A stretch of DNA of 64,000 bases from Gammaproteobacteria bacterium. Lineage in GTDB: Bacteria; Pseudomonadota; Gammaproteobacteria; Acidiferrobacterales; SZUA-150. The translations under genes were made by a program, and so were the position numbers. The notes beneath the pieces were generated by a model. That model was not told where the DNA came from. It saw nothing but the letters and a program-made list of their open reading frames with translations, and made no database searches. This document shows positions 21,865 to 31,781 of this stretch, one piece after another; within the stretch, counting starts at the first letter, position 1; the number at the start of each line of letters is the position of its first letter. Where the stretch lies: the NCBI GenBank assembly GCA_036986275.1, contig BTRG01000001.1, positions 27,042 to 91,041 on the forward strand. Direction: 5' to 3'.

Positions 21865-21906
21865 TATGAGCAACGAATTACAAACAAAGAACCACGAGAC
21901 AGCGAA

Positions 21907-22254
21907 ATGAACATAAAGGCGCGTACAGTCAAGGGCAAATGCAAGGCGAAGATAGAGGGTGATATGACCGTCTATACGGCTTGTGAGATGAAAGAAAAGT
22001 TGCTGCAAAAACTAGCCAAATGTCAGGCCATGGAGCTGGATCTTTCGCAGGTGGTGGAATTCGACACAGCCGGTTTTCAATTGTTGGTATTGCTGAAGCG
22101 TGAGGCGGAACATAAGGAGACGCCGCTGTTAATGAAAAGCCACAGTCCCGCAGTGCAGGATTTCTTTGAACTTTATCACGTCAGCGAACAGGTCGAACGG
22201 GATTTGGCCGGCCGTGACCATGCAAAGACGACGATGGGAGAACAATCGGCATGA
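21907..22254 (+). CDS. STAS-domain protein
   Basis: IEGDMTVYTA, LDLSQVVEFDTAGFQLL; between cheY and cheA. Confidence 0.85.
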   Translation: MNIKARTVKGKCKAKIEGDMTVYTACEMKEKLLQKLAKCQAMELDLSQVVEFDTAGFQLLVLLKREAEHKETPLLMKSHSPAVQDFFELYHVSEQVERDLAGRDHAKTTMGEQSA

Positions 22255-24446
22255 ATCAGGACGAAGATGTGCAGTTGTTTGAAACGGAAGCCAACGAGTT
22301 GCTGGATGACATGGAACAATCATTACTGCAACTGGAAGATGATCCAAACGATATGGATCACATCAATTCCGTTTTTCGTGCCGCCCATACCATCAAGGGA
22401 TCGGCTGGACTTTTTGCTTACGAGGCGGTTATCAGTTTTACGCATGGCGTGGAGAGTGTATTAGATCGCACGCGGGCCGGGGAACTGGAGATTTCAAAAG
22501 ACCTGTTGTCGCTATTACTGGCCTGCCGGGATGTCATGGGACAATTGGTGGATGCCGCCATCGCCGGACACGATGGTGGCGATGCTGAGGTGCAGCAAAA
22601 AGGCCGTGCCCTGTCCGCACAACTTAATACTTATCTGCAAGACTCATCGTCTGTCCCTGAACACGACCCGGCAGCAAGCGACCAGAACACGGACAGGGAG
22701 AGTATAGCGGCCGATACCACTCAGAGCGATTACTGGCTTATCTCCATCCACTTTGGGCACGATGTACTGCGCAACGGCATGGACCCCCAGTCCTTCATTC
22801 GCTATCTGGGTACGCAGGGCGACATCGTCAGCCTGATCACCTTATGGGACGAGATGCCCGCGGCCGGAGAAATGGATCCGGAGAGTTGCTATCTGGCTTT
22901 TGAAATCGAGTTCGACACGGAGCTGGACAAGCAGTCCATTGAGGACATATTTCAGTTTGTCATTGATGACTGCCGCCTGCACATCCTCCCTCCAATGACA
23001 AACTTGTCTCGATATCAAACCGCTATCGAGGAAAGCGTCACCGATGAGCAACAACGCCTAGGCGACATCTTGGTCGACAGCGGCGCCGCCACGCCACGTG
23101 AAATCGACGTGGCCTTGCAAGAACAGGCGGCCGCGCAAACGGGCTCCGAACCTCATGAACCCATCGGCAAGGTATTGCAACGGGATGGCGTGGTGTATCC
23201 GGAGGTGGTCGAGACCGCGGTGAAAAAACAACAGCAGGTCAGGCTGGCCAACAAGTCTATCCGCGTCAGCGCAGACAAACTGGAACAGCTCATCGACCTG
23301 GTGGGTGAGCTGGTGATCTCCAGTGCCAATACCAAGTTATTGGGAGACCGTACCCAGGACACGGCGTTGATGGAATCGTTGGAGAATATGTCACGTCTGG
23401 TCGAAGACATTCGTGACACCGGCTTAGGGTTGCGCATGGTGCCCATCGGCGAGACCTTCAATCGCTTTCGGCGCGTAGTGCGGGATGTCAGTCAGTCCAT
23501 GGGCAAGGACATCGAGTTGCAAATCAGTGGCGCTGACAAGGAACTGGACAAGACCGTAGTGGAAAAGATCGGCGACCCACTGATGCATCTTGTACGCAAT
23601 TCAATCGATCACGGCATCGAAGCGGCCGAGATACGCCAGCAGCACAACAAGCCCGCCAAAGGCAAACTGACACTCAATGCCTACCATGATTCCGGAAGCA
23701 TCGTCATCGAGGTAGAGGATGATGGCGGCGGTCTGCCGCGTGACAAGATTCTGGCCAAGGCCCAGCAGCTGGGTCTGGTCAATCCGAATCAATCCCTCTC
23801 CGATCAGGAGATTTATCGGTTGATTTTCGAACCGGGGTTTTCTACCGCCGAGCAAGTCACCAATATTTCCGGCCGTGGTGTCGGTATGGATGTCGTCCGC
23901 CGCAACATTGAGGCCCTGCGAGGCCATGTGGATGTCGAGAGCTGGCCGGGTAAAGGCAGTCGTTTCAGTATTCGCCTGCCATTGACGCTGGCGATTATCG
24001 ACGGCTTCCTGGTCAGAATTGGCAACGCTTCTTACGTCATCCCCCTGGACATGGTGGAGGAATGTGTCGAGCTGCCGGAGCAGGCAGAGACTGGACAAGG
24101 CAGTAACTACGTCAATCTACGCGGTGAGGTGCTGCCCTTTATCCGCCTCGCTGAGCTATTCCGGGAGACAGGGAGCCGGACCCGGCGCGAGAACATTGTT
24201 GTCACCCATTTTGCCGGCCAGAAGGCGGGCTTGGTGGTAGACGAACTATTGGGTGAATACCAGACCGTCATTAAGCCCCTGGGCAGAATATTCACCCACC
24301 TGGAAGGTGTTAGCGGGGCGACCATCCTCGGCAGTGGTGAGGTGGCCATGATCATCGATGTCCCGGATTTGGTACAGCAGGTTGCCATCAATGGCAGCCA
24401 GAAGATCAAGGGCGGCATGGAGATGCCGTCTATGTTGGCCCATTGA
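22251..24446 (+). CDS. cheA: Chemotaxis histidine kinase CheA
   Basis: FRAAHTIKGSAG (Hpt), HLVRNSIDHG, SGRGVGMDVV, C-terminal CheW domain. Confidence 0.97.
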   Translation: MNQDEDVQLFETEANELLDDMEQSLLQLEDDPNDMDHINSVFRAAHTIKGSAGLFAYEAVISFTHGVESVLDRTRAGELEISKDLLSLLLACRDVMGQLVDAAIAGHDGGDAEVQQKGRALSAQLNTYLQDSSSVPEHDPAASDQNTDRESIAADTTQSDYWLISIHFGHDVLRNGMDPQSFIRYLGTQGDIVSLITLWDEMPAAGEMDPESCYLAFEIEFDTELDKQSIEDIFQFVIDDCRLHILPPMTNLSRYQTAIEESVTDEQQRLGDILVDSGAATPREIDVALQEQAAAQTGSEPHEPIGKVLQRDGVVYPEVVETAVKKQQQVRLANKSIRVSADKLEQLIDLVGELVISSANTKLLGDRTQDTALMESLENMSRLVEDIRDTGLGLRMVPIGETFNRFRRVVRDVSQSMGKDIELQISGADKELDKTVVEKIGDPLMHLVRNSIDHGIEAAEIRQQHNKPAKGKLTLNAYHDSGSIVIEVEDDGGGLPRDKILAKAQQLGLVNPNQSLSDQEIYRLIFEPGFSTAEQVTNISGRGVGMDVVRRNIEALRGHVDVESWPGKGSRFSIRLPLTLAIIDGFLVRIGNASYVIPLDMVEECVELPEQAETGQGSNYVNLRGEVLPFIRLAELFRETGSRTRRENIVVTHFAGQKAGLVVDELLGEYQTVIKPLGRIFTHLEGVSGATILGSGEVAMIIDVPDLVQQVAINGSQKIKGGMEMPSMLAH

Positions 24447-24538
24447 AATAGGGCACGAACGACACGACCCTGGGGTTTGCAAGGGTTAAACATTTATTGG
24501 AGGGCCATACCGGCCTGGGAAAAAGGAGAAACAACGTT

Positions 24539-27343
24539 ATGAAAACCAATATGCCAGTCACCAACAATGAGGTTCAGTTGGAAGCCGGACAGCTCATTGT
24601 CTCCAAGACGGACTTGAAGGGCATCATCACTTATGCCAACCCGGATTTTATTAAAATCAGCGGTTTTTCCGAGCAAGAACTAATCGGCAAGAGTCACAAT
24701 ATCGTTCGCCATCCGGACATGCCACCGGCGGCCTTTCAGGACCTGTGGGATACGGTCAAGGCCGACAGGCCGTGGATCGGCATAGTCAAGAATCGCTGCA
24801 AGAACGGCGATTATTACTGGGTCAGCGCCAACGTCACCCCGGTCCGGGTAAACGGTCGCGTGACGGAATACATGTCAGTACGCACCCAGCCCAGCCGGGA
24901 TCAGATTGCCCAGGCTGAGGCCCTGTACCAACAAATCAATGCGGGCAAGGCCCCCAAAGTGGGGCTGTTGGCGCGGCTCAACATTTTTAACAGCATGAGT
25001 ATCAAGCAGAAGCTTTATGGGCTGATGATCGCCGTGGTGTTGACTTTCGGCGCCATGGGTCTGGCTCACTACAACAACATTTCTGCAATGGCCGTGGTGA
25101 ACAGCGTTGCCAGTAATGCCAGTCTTGCCGAGTCTATGCGTGAGTTGATGATCGGACTGGGAGGCGCCCTGTTACTGTTGTGTGTGGCGCTGTACTGGCT
25201 GGTTGGCCACTCGATTCTGCATCCCCTGAAAAAGACCATCGACTATTTCAATGAGATCGCCGAGGGTCGGTATGACGGGGCCATCGCCATCGATCGTGCC
25301 GACGAGATCGGCGATGTGATGCGCGCCCTGAAGTCTATGCAGATCAAGCTGGCCTTCGACGTCAAAGATGCCCGGCAGCGGGCCGATGCCGCCCTGCGAC
25401 TCAAGGTGGCGCTGGATAATGTCAATACCAATGTCATGGTGGCGGATACCGACTACAACATCGTTTACCTGAACGATGCCGTGCAGCAGATGTTTACCGA
25501 CGCCGAAGATGATCTGCGCAAGGGTATCCCGGATTTTGATGCCAGCAAGCTGCAAGGGGTCTGCATTGATCAATTCCACAAGGACCCCGCCCACCAGCGC
25601 GGTATGCTGGAAAAGCTTGAGTCCACCTATCAATCCCGTGTCGAGGTCAGCGGGCGCACCTTCGACGTTATTGCCAACCCGGTCACTGATGAGATGGGGT
25701 TCAGGTTGGGCACCGTAGTGGAATGGGCCGACAAGACCGCCGAGCTTGTGGCAGAGGAGCGCGAGCAGCAGCGCCAAGAGGAAGATCGCCGCATCGCCGC
25801 CGAGAATCTGCGGGTACGGGTAGCGCTGGACCAAGTCAGTACCAATGTGATGATGGCGGACAAGGACCTCAACATCATCTACATGAACAAGGCCGTGCAG
25901 CAGATGTTCAAGCAGGCCGAAAGCGACATTCGCAAGGACCTGCCGAATTTCGATGCCGACAACCTAATGGGGGTTTGCATTGACGAATTTCATAAGAACC
26001 CGGCCCACCAGCGCGGTATGCTAGAGCGGCTGTCATCTACCTACCAGTCCACACTCGGCATCGGTGGGCGCACCTTTTCGGTGGTCGCCAACCCGGTGTT
26101 GGACACGGACGGCGAGCGTCTGGGCGCGGTTGTGGAATGGAAGGACCGCACCGATGAAGTGGCGGTAGAAGGCGAGATTGCCGATATCGTCACTTCCGCG
26201 GGTATGGGCGATTTTACACAGCGTATCGATTTAACGGGTAAGGAAGGCTTTTTCGAACGTTTGGCGACAGGCATCAATAAGGTCATGGAGACCACCGACG
26301 TCAGTCTCAACGATGTGGTACGGGTGATTCGCAGCCTGGCGCAGGGAGATCTGACCCAGACCATCGACGGTGATTATTACGGCATCTTCGGCCAACTCAA
26401 GGACGATGTGAATGGCACTATCCACAAACTGTCCGAGGTCATTACTGATGTCCACAGCAACGCCAATGGTATCTCCAGCGCCTCGGAACAGGTCAGTTCC
26501 ACTGCCGAGACCCTGAGCCAGGGCGCCAGTGAACAGGCCTCCAGCGTGGAAGAGACCTCAGCCTCGGTGGAGGAGATGAGCGCCTCCATCAACCAGAACA
26601 GCGAAAACGCCAAGGTCACTGATGGCATTGCCAACGAGGCGGCCACGTCCGCCACGGAAGGCGGCCAGGCGGTGGCGGAGACCGTGGATGCCATGAAGAG
26701 CATCGCCGACAAGATCGGCATTATCGAAGAGATTGCCTACCAGACCAATATGCTGGCCCTGAATGCGGCCATCGAGGCGGCACGCGCCGGCGAACATGGT
26801 AAAGGATTTGCTGTGGTGGCGGCCGAGGTGCGCAAGCTGGCGGAACGCAGCCAGGTGGCGGCGCAGGAGATCGGTGATCGTGCCGGCAATAGCGTCAAGA
26901 TTGCCGAGAAGGCCGGCACCCTGCTGGAGGAAATGGTGCCCAATATCACCAAGACCGCCGATCTGGTGCAGGAGATCACCGCGGCCTCAGAAGAGCAGGC
27001 CGCCGGTGCCGGGCAAATCACCAGCGCCATGAACCAGCTCGACCAGGTCACTCAGCAGAGTGCCGCCGGCTCCGAACAACTGGCGGCCACGGCCACGCAG
27101 TTACAGAGTCAGGCCGAATATCTGCAGGAGTTGATGGGCTTTTTCACGCTGAATGAGCAGGCTACCGCTGTCAACAAACGGGATTCCGACAGCAAGGGGG
27201 CCGGGCTGCGCAAGGCGGAGAAGCCTAGCGCCGCCAGGCACGGCAATGGCGATGCCCGTAAGGAAGCAAGCGTGGTCAAGCCAGTGCCGGAACCTACCGA
27301 TGCGGACGATGCGGACTTCGAACGCTTTGCCCAAGGGGGGTAG
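24539..27343 (+). CDS. Chemoreceptor: Aer-type PAS, TM, HAMP, two Aer2-type PAS, MCP signalling domain
   Basis: [18 protein letters not shown]; FHKDPAHQ and FHKNPAHQ; [27 protein letters not shown]. Confidence 0.93.
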   Translation: MKTNMPVTNNEVQLEAGQLIVSKTDLKGIITYANPDFIKISGFSEQELIGKSHNIVRHPDMPPAAFQDLWDTVKADRPWIGIVKNRCKNGDYYWVSANVTPVRVNGRVTEYMSVRTQPSRDQIAQAEALYQQINAGKAPKVGLLARLNIFNSMSIKQKLYGLMIAVVLTFGAMGLAHYNNISAMAVVNSVASNASLAESMRELMIGLGGALLLLCVALYWLVGHSILHPLKKTIDYFNEIAEGRYDGAIAIDRADEIGDVMRALKSMQIKLAFDVKDARQRADAALRLKVALDNVNTNVMVADTDYNIVYLNDAVQQMFTDAEDDLRKGIPDFDASKLQGVCIDQFHKDPAHQRGMLEKLESTYQSRVEVSGRTFDVIANPVTDEMGFRLGTVVEWADKTAELVAEEREQQRQEEDRRIAAENLRVRVALDQVSTNVMMADKDLNIIYMNKAVQQMFKQAESDIRKDLPNFDADNLMGVCIDEFHKNPAHQRGMLERLSSTYQSTLGIGGRTFSVVANPVLDTDGERLGAVVEWKDRTDEVAVEGEIADIVTSAGMGDFTQRIDLTGKEGFFERLATGINKVMETTDVSLNDVVRVIRSLAQGDLTQTIDGDYYGIFGQLKDDVNGTIHKLSEVITDVHSNANGISSASEQVSSTAETLSQGASEQASSVEETSASVEEMSASINQNSENAKVTDGIANEAATSATEGGQAVAETVDAMKSIADKIGIIEEIAYQTNMLALNAAIEAARAGEHGKGFAVVAAEVRKLAERSQVAAQEIGDRAGNSVKIAEKAGTLLEEMVPNITKTADLVQEITAASEEQAAGAGQITSAMNQLDQVTQQSAAGSEQLAATATQLQSQAEYLQELMGFFTLNEQATAVNKRDSDSKGAGLRKAEKPSAARHGNGDARKEASVVKPVPEPTDADDADFERFAQGG

Positions 27344-27349
27344 GCAGAC

Positions 27350-27922
27350 ATGGCACAAGTCGCTGAACAAGAATATACCGAGCTGGATGTCGATACCGAC
27401 CAAAACCAGTTTCTGACCTTTACCCTGGGCGGTGAGGTGTATGCCCTCGAGATCCTGAGCATCCGCGAGATCATTGATTACGGCAATCTGACCACGGTAC
27501 CGATGATGCCCGCCTTTATCCGCGGTGTCATCAATCTGCGTGGTAGCGTGGTGCCGGTGGTGGATTTGGCGGCCCGTTTCGATGGCGAACCGGCAGGGAT
27601 CACCAAGCGCACGGGCATCATCATTATTGAGATCGTGGATGGCGAAACCACTATGAACATCGGGGTGGTAGTAGATGGTGTCAACGAGGTGCTGGAGATC
27701 CCACCAAGCGATATCGAACCACCACCCAGCTTCGGCGCCAGGATACGCACCGACTTTATCAAAGGCATGGGCAAGGTGGACGGCAAGTTCCTGGTGTTGC
27801 TGGATGTGTCCAATGTGTTATCCGTGGATGAGCTGTCCTTGCTTGATGGGGTACAGCACCAGACACAGGTTGAAACACCGGCAGAGACCGATCTGCCGGC
27901 GCCAGCCGGGGAAGGTGCTTGA
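27350..27922 (+). CDS. cheW: Chemotaxis adaptor CheW
   Basis: QFLTFTLG, GVINLRGSVVPVVDL, VVDGVNEV. Confidence 0.95.
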   Translation: MAQVAEQEYTELDVDTDQNQFLTFTLGGEVYALEILSIREIIDYGNLTTVPMMPAFIRGVINLRGSVVPVVDLAARFDGEPAGITKRTGIIIIEIVDGETTMNIGVVVDGVNEVLEIPPSDIEPPPSFGARIRTDFIKGMGKVDGKFLVLLDVSNVLSVDELSLLDGVQHQTQVETPAETDLPAPAGEGA

Positions 27923-28803
27923 GTTTGGCTTACCCTTTGCCAACGCAGGATATGCGCCCTGTGGTGCAGGAGGGGGATTCCACTGAGATGGCCGGGCTGG
28001 TCTTTTCCATCTCCAATGATGAGTTTTTTCGCATTCGCGACTACTTGCAAGAACAAGTCGGTATCCAGCTAACCCTCGCCAAAAAGCAGATGGTGGCCTC
28101 GCGGCTGGGCAAACGGCTCCGGCATTACCGTCTGTCCTCCTATGGGGATTATTTTCAGCAGACGATCAATGGAACTCTGGCGAATGAGCGCCAGGCCATG
28201 CTCGACTTGTTGACCACCAATGAGACCTATCTGTTTCGCGAGCCCGCCCATTTTGAGTTCCTGCGCGAGGGTATCCTGGCTAGATGGAAATTGGGACGCC
28301 AGTTTCGCGCCTGGAGTGCGGCCTGTTCCAGTGGTGAAGAGCCCTACAGTCTGGCTATGGTGGTGGCGGACAGCCTGGGAGAGACGCCGTGGGAAATCAT
28401 GGGTTCTGATGTCTCTACCCGGGTTCTGGCAGCGGCGCGTAAAGGACACTATTCCCGGGAACGGACTCAGTATATTCCCAAGGCCTATTTGCAACAATAC
28501 TGTCTCAAAGGGGTGCGTTCCCAGAGCGGAACCCTGCTGATCGACAAGCGGTTACGGCAGCGCATGCAATTCCGGCACATCAACCTAAACACACCACTGT
28601 CGGAGGACTTAGGACAATTCGATGTCATTTTCCTGCGCAACGTGCTGATCTATTTCGACGCGCCGACTCGCCAGGAGATCGTCAAACGCCTGCTGTCACG
28701 CCTGCGGCCAGGCGGCCATTTTTTTGTCAGCCACACCGAGACCATCACCGGTATTTCCAACCAACTGGAGCCGGCCGCGCCCAGTGTGTATAGGAAAAAG
28801 TAG
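27919..28803 (+). CDS. cheR: Chemotaxis methyltransferase CheR
   Basis: TTNETYLFREPAHF, WSAACSSGEEPYS, FLRNVLIYFD; start uncertain. Confidence 0.95.
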   Translation: MSLAYPLPTQDMRPVVQEGDSTEMAGLVFSISNDEFFRIRDYLQEQVGIQLTLAKKQMVASRLGKRLRHYRLSSYGDYFQQTINGTLANERQAMLDLLTTNETYLFREPAHFEFLREGILARWKLGRQFRAWSAACSSGEEPYSLAMVVADSLGETPWEIMGSDVSTRVLAAARKGHYSRERTQYIPKAYLQQYCLKGVRSQSGTLLIDKRLRQRMQFRHINLNTPLSEDLGQFDVIFLRNVLIYFDAPTRQEIVKRLLSRLRPGGHFFVSHTETITGISNQLEPAAPSVYRKK

Positions 28804-28833
28804 CGAGTAGCGAGTAGCGAGTGACTAGTTGCT
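28799..28833. repeat. 7-mer tandem repeat
   Basis: AGTAGCG x3 then AGTGACT AGTTGCT, overlapping the cheR stop. Confidence 0.75.
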
Positions 28834-28889
28834 AGGAAAAATAAAAATGACAAACAAGAATTGTAGATCGGGTTACGGCACATAGAAAT

Positions 28890-28910
28890 GTAGGGTGGGC
28901 AGTGCCCACC
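28890..28910 (+). repeat. GTAG-family REP
   Basis: GTAG + GGTGGGCA-G-TGCCCACC perfect palindrome. Confidence 0.8.
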
Positions 28911-28936
28911 CCACGTATTTAATTTTGGTTGAAAAA

Positions 28937-30061
28937 ATGACACATAAAAAAATAAAAGTTTTATTGGTGGACGATTCAGCAGTGGTGCGGCAGGCGCTGA
29001 CCAAGGTGTTCAGTACAGCGCCGGATATCGAGGTGAGCGGCAGTGTCATCGATCCCATATTCGCCATGCAGCGCATGAAGCAGCAATGGCCGGACGTGAT
29101 CGTGCTGGATGTGGAGATGCCGCGCATGGACGGCATCACCTTTCTGAAGAAAATCATGGCGGAGCACCCGACCCCGGTGGTGATCTGTTCCACCCTGACC
29201 TTGAAGGGCTCGGAGACCACCATGCAAGCCCTGAGCTCCGGCGCGGTGGATATCATTAACAAACCGACCATCGGCGTAAAGGGCTTCCTGCAAGAATCCG
29301 CGGAATTGCTCATTGATACGGTGCGGGGTGCGGCACGAGCCAATCTGAAAACCATTAAACGCAATGCCAACCGCAAATTAAAAGTACTTCCCAAGCTCAC
29401 GGCCGATGCCATGCTGGCGCCGGGCGGGTCCACCTCGTTGGCCGAGTCCACCGACAAGGTAGTGGCCATCGGCACCTCCACCGGCGGCACCCAGGCCCTG
29501 GAACTGGTGTTACCCGCTCTGCCGCGCGTGGTGCCGGGCATCGTAGTGGTGCAGCACATGCCGGAAAAATTCACGCAGTCCTTCGCTCAGCGGCTCAATT
29601 CCATTTCTCAGCTCGATATCAAGGAGGCCAGTGATAATGACCGGGTCATCCCCGGCCGCGCCCTGATCGCTCCGGGTGGAAAGCACATGCTGCTGGAGCG
29701 TAGCGGCGCCCACTACTACGTCAGGATTAAGGACGGTCCCCTGGTCAGCCGTCACCGCCCTTCGGTGGATGTATTGTTCCGTTCCGTGGCCAAGGCTGCG
29801 GGAAGAAATGCTCTGGGCATTATCATGACCGGCATGGGTGATGACGGTGCCCGGGGGCTGCGTGAGATGTTCGACGCCGGCGCCCAGACCCTGGCCCAGG
29901 ACGAGGCCACCAGCGTGGTCTACGGCATGCCGAAGGAGGCGGTTAACCACGGTGGGGTGCAGGAGATCCTGGCCCTGCACGACATCCCCCAGACCATCTT
30001 GCAGACCTTTGCCCAGGCGACTGGCAACGAGCATGTGCTTGCCCGCGTCAGGGCAAGGTAA
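28937..30061 (+). CDS. cheB: Chemotaxis methylesterase CheB
   Basis: REC + [25 protein letters not shown]. Confidence 0.96.
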   Translation: MTHKKIKVLLVDDSAVVRQALTKVFSTAPDIEVSGSVIDPIFAMQRMKQQWPDVIVLDVEMPRMDGITFLKKIMAEHPTPVVICSTLTLKGSETTMQALSSGAVDIINKPTIGVKGFLQESAELLIDTVRGAARANLKTIKRNANRKLKVLPKLTADAMLAPGGSTSLAESTDKVVAIGTSTGGTQALELVLPALPRVVPGIVVVQHMPEKFTQSFAQRLNSISQLDIKEASDNDRVIPGRALIAPGGKHMLLERSGAHYYVRIKDGPLVSRHRPSVDVLFRSVAKAAGRNALGIIMTGMGDDGARGLREMFDAGAQTLAQDEATSVVYGMPKEAVNHGGVQEILALHDIPQTILQTFAQATGNEHVLARVRAR

Positions 30062-30078
30062 GGGGCCGAACGAGGAGA

Positions 30079-31776
30079 TTGACCTTGAGGACACAGAACC
30101 CCACAACGCCCAACGGCGATATACACGCCACTGACCAACGTACCCTGCTACTGGTGGACGATGAAGACAATGTGTTGTCGGCACTGCAACGCCTACTGGT
30201 TCGCAGCGGCTACCGGGTATTGACGGCCAACAGCGGCCCAGCGGGCCTGACGCTGCTGGAACAGCACGACGTCGGTGTCATTATCTCGGACCAACGCATG
30301 CCCGGCATGACCGGGGTCGAGTTTCTCAGCCAGGTCAAACAGCGCTATCCCGAGATCGTTCGTCTCATGCTCAGTGGGTTTGCCGACCTCAAGGCGGTGA
30401 CCGCGGCCATCAATGAGGGCGCCATCTACCGTTTCCTCACTAAGCCCTGCGACAACGAACTGCTACGCAGCAATATAGAAGAGGCCTTCCGCCACTTCGA
30501 GATCCGGCGCGAGAACGAGCGTTTGCGCCAGGAACTGCTGGCCTCCAATCGGGCACTGGCGGATGCCCTTAATGCCACCGAGCACAAAGAGCAGGCCAAT
30601 GCGGAGTATGTTGCCACCATGAGTCATGCGCTGCGTACTCCACTGAACGGCGTACTGGGCATGGCGGAGTTGTTGCGGGAGACCACATTGGAAGCGCAAC
30701 AACAGGATTATCTCGAAACCATTGCCAGCTCGGGCCATCAGTTGCTGACACTTATCAACGATATGCTCGACGATTCCAAAGCCGAGGCCGGCAAGCTGAC
30801 ACTGGAAAGCATTGACTTCGACCTGCAGGATCTCATTGAAGGACTGGAACAACCTCTCGGGATCCAGGCCCGCCACAAGGGCCTGGCCTTTGTCACCCAA
30901 TTCAAGTCTCGGACGCCGCTTATTGTGCGGGGTAACCCCACGCGCCTGCGGCAAGCATTGATGATCCTGCTGAGTAACGCCATCAAGTTCACCCCGGCGG
31001 GGGAAGTATTGTTGAACGTGTTGCCGGTGGAAACGGCGGACGATGAGGTCCGCCTGCTTTTTGAAGTCGATGACACAGGCGTGGGTATGGATACGGCGAC
31101 GCAACACAGCTTGCTCGACTATTTTACTCAGGCCGAGAGTACCACCCACGTCTATGGAGGCGATGGTCAGGGGCTGAGTATCTGCAAACAACTGGTGATG
31201 GCCATGGACGGTGAGATAGGGCTCAGCTCGGCCCCCGGACGGGGTAGCACCTTCTGGTTCAACATCCGCCTCGCCAAGTCCGGTTCACGCCAGGACACCT
31301 CTCCGGCCATGGCGATACGCGGTCATAAGCAGGTGTTGTTGGTGGAGGACGACCCGATCGACCAGGCCGTTGCCAGCGGATTGCTGCGTGCCAACGACCT
31401 TGAGGTCGAAACGGTCTGCAACGGTCAGCAGGCCGTGGAGGCATGCTCCAGCAATCATTATGACCTGGTGTTTATGTGTTGCCGGATGCCGGTGATGGAC
31501 GGTTACGAGGCGACGCAACATATTCGTACTCAGGAAGCCCAGCGAACCACAGGGCAGGTCGGCCACACCCCCATTATTGCCCTAACCGCCAATGCCATGA
31601 GTGGTGACCGGGAACGCTGCCTGCAGGCGGGAATGGATGACTACGTCATCAAGCCGATTAACCGGCAGGTCCTGCAAACAGTGATCGACCAGTGGTTGCC
31701 CGGGCGCAACAAGCAGGTGCTCACACTCGTGCCCACACCCCCTGGTCACTCATCCCGGCAGGCACCGCAAAGGTAG
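30079..31776 (+). CDS. Atypical hybrid histidine kinase (REC-HisKA-HATPase-REC) with degenerate catalytic sites
   Basis: SHALRTPLN, LSNAIKFT, DTGVG, GGDGQGL; C-terminal REC DLVFMCCRMP lacks the Asp. Confidence 0.85.
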   Translation: MTLRTQNPTTPNGDIHATDQRTLLLVDDEDNVLSALQRLLVRSGYRVLTANSGPAGLTLLEQHDVGVIISDQRMPGMTGVEFLSQVKQRYPEIVRLMLSGFADLKAVTAAINEGAIYRFLTKPCDNELLRSNIEEAFRHFEIRRENERLRQELLASNRALADALNATEHKEQANAEYVATMSHALRTPLNGVLGMAELLRETTLEAQQQDYLETIASSGHQLLTLINDMLDDSKAEAGKLTLESIDFDLQDLIEGLEQPLGIQARHKGLAFVTQFKSRTPLIVRGNPTRLRQALMILLSNAIKFTPAGEVLLNVLPVETADDEVRLLFEVDDTGVGMDTATQHSLLDYFTQAESTTHVYGGDGQGLSICKQLVMAMDGEIGLSSAPGRGSTFWFNIRLAKSGSRQDTSPAMAIRGHKQVLLVEDDPIDQAVASGLLRANDLEVETVCNGQQAVEACSSNHYDLVFMCCRMPVMDGYEATQHIRTQEAQRTTGQVGHTPIIALTANAMSGDRERCLQAGMDDYVIKPINRQVLQTVIDQWLPGRNKQVLTLVPTPPGHSSRQAPQR

Positions 31777-31781
31777 CACCC

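Noticed and set aside
21713-21910. 65-aa ORF between cheY and STAS
   Set aside because: Largely a translation of the 8-mer repeat; no recognisable motif
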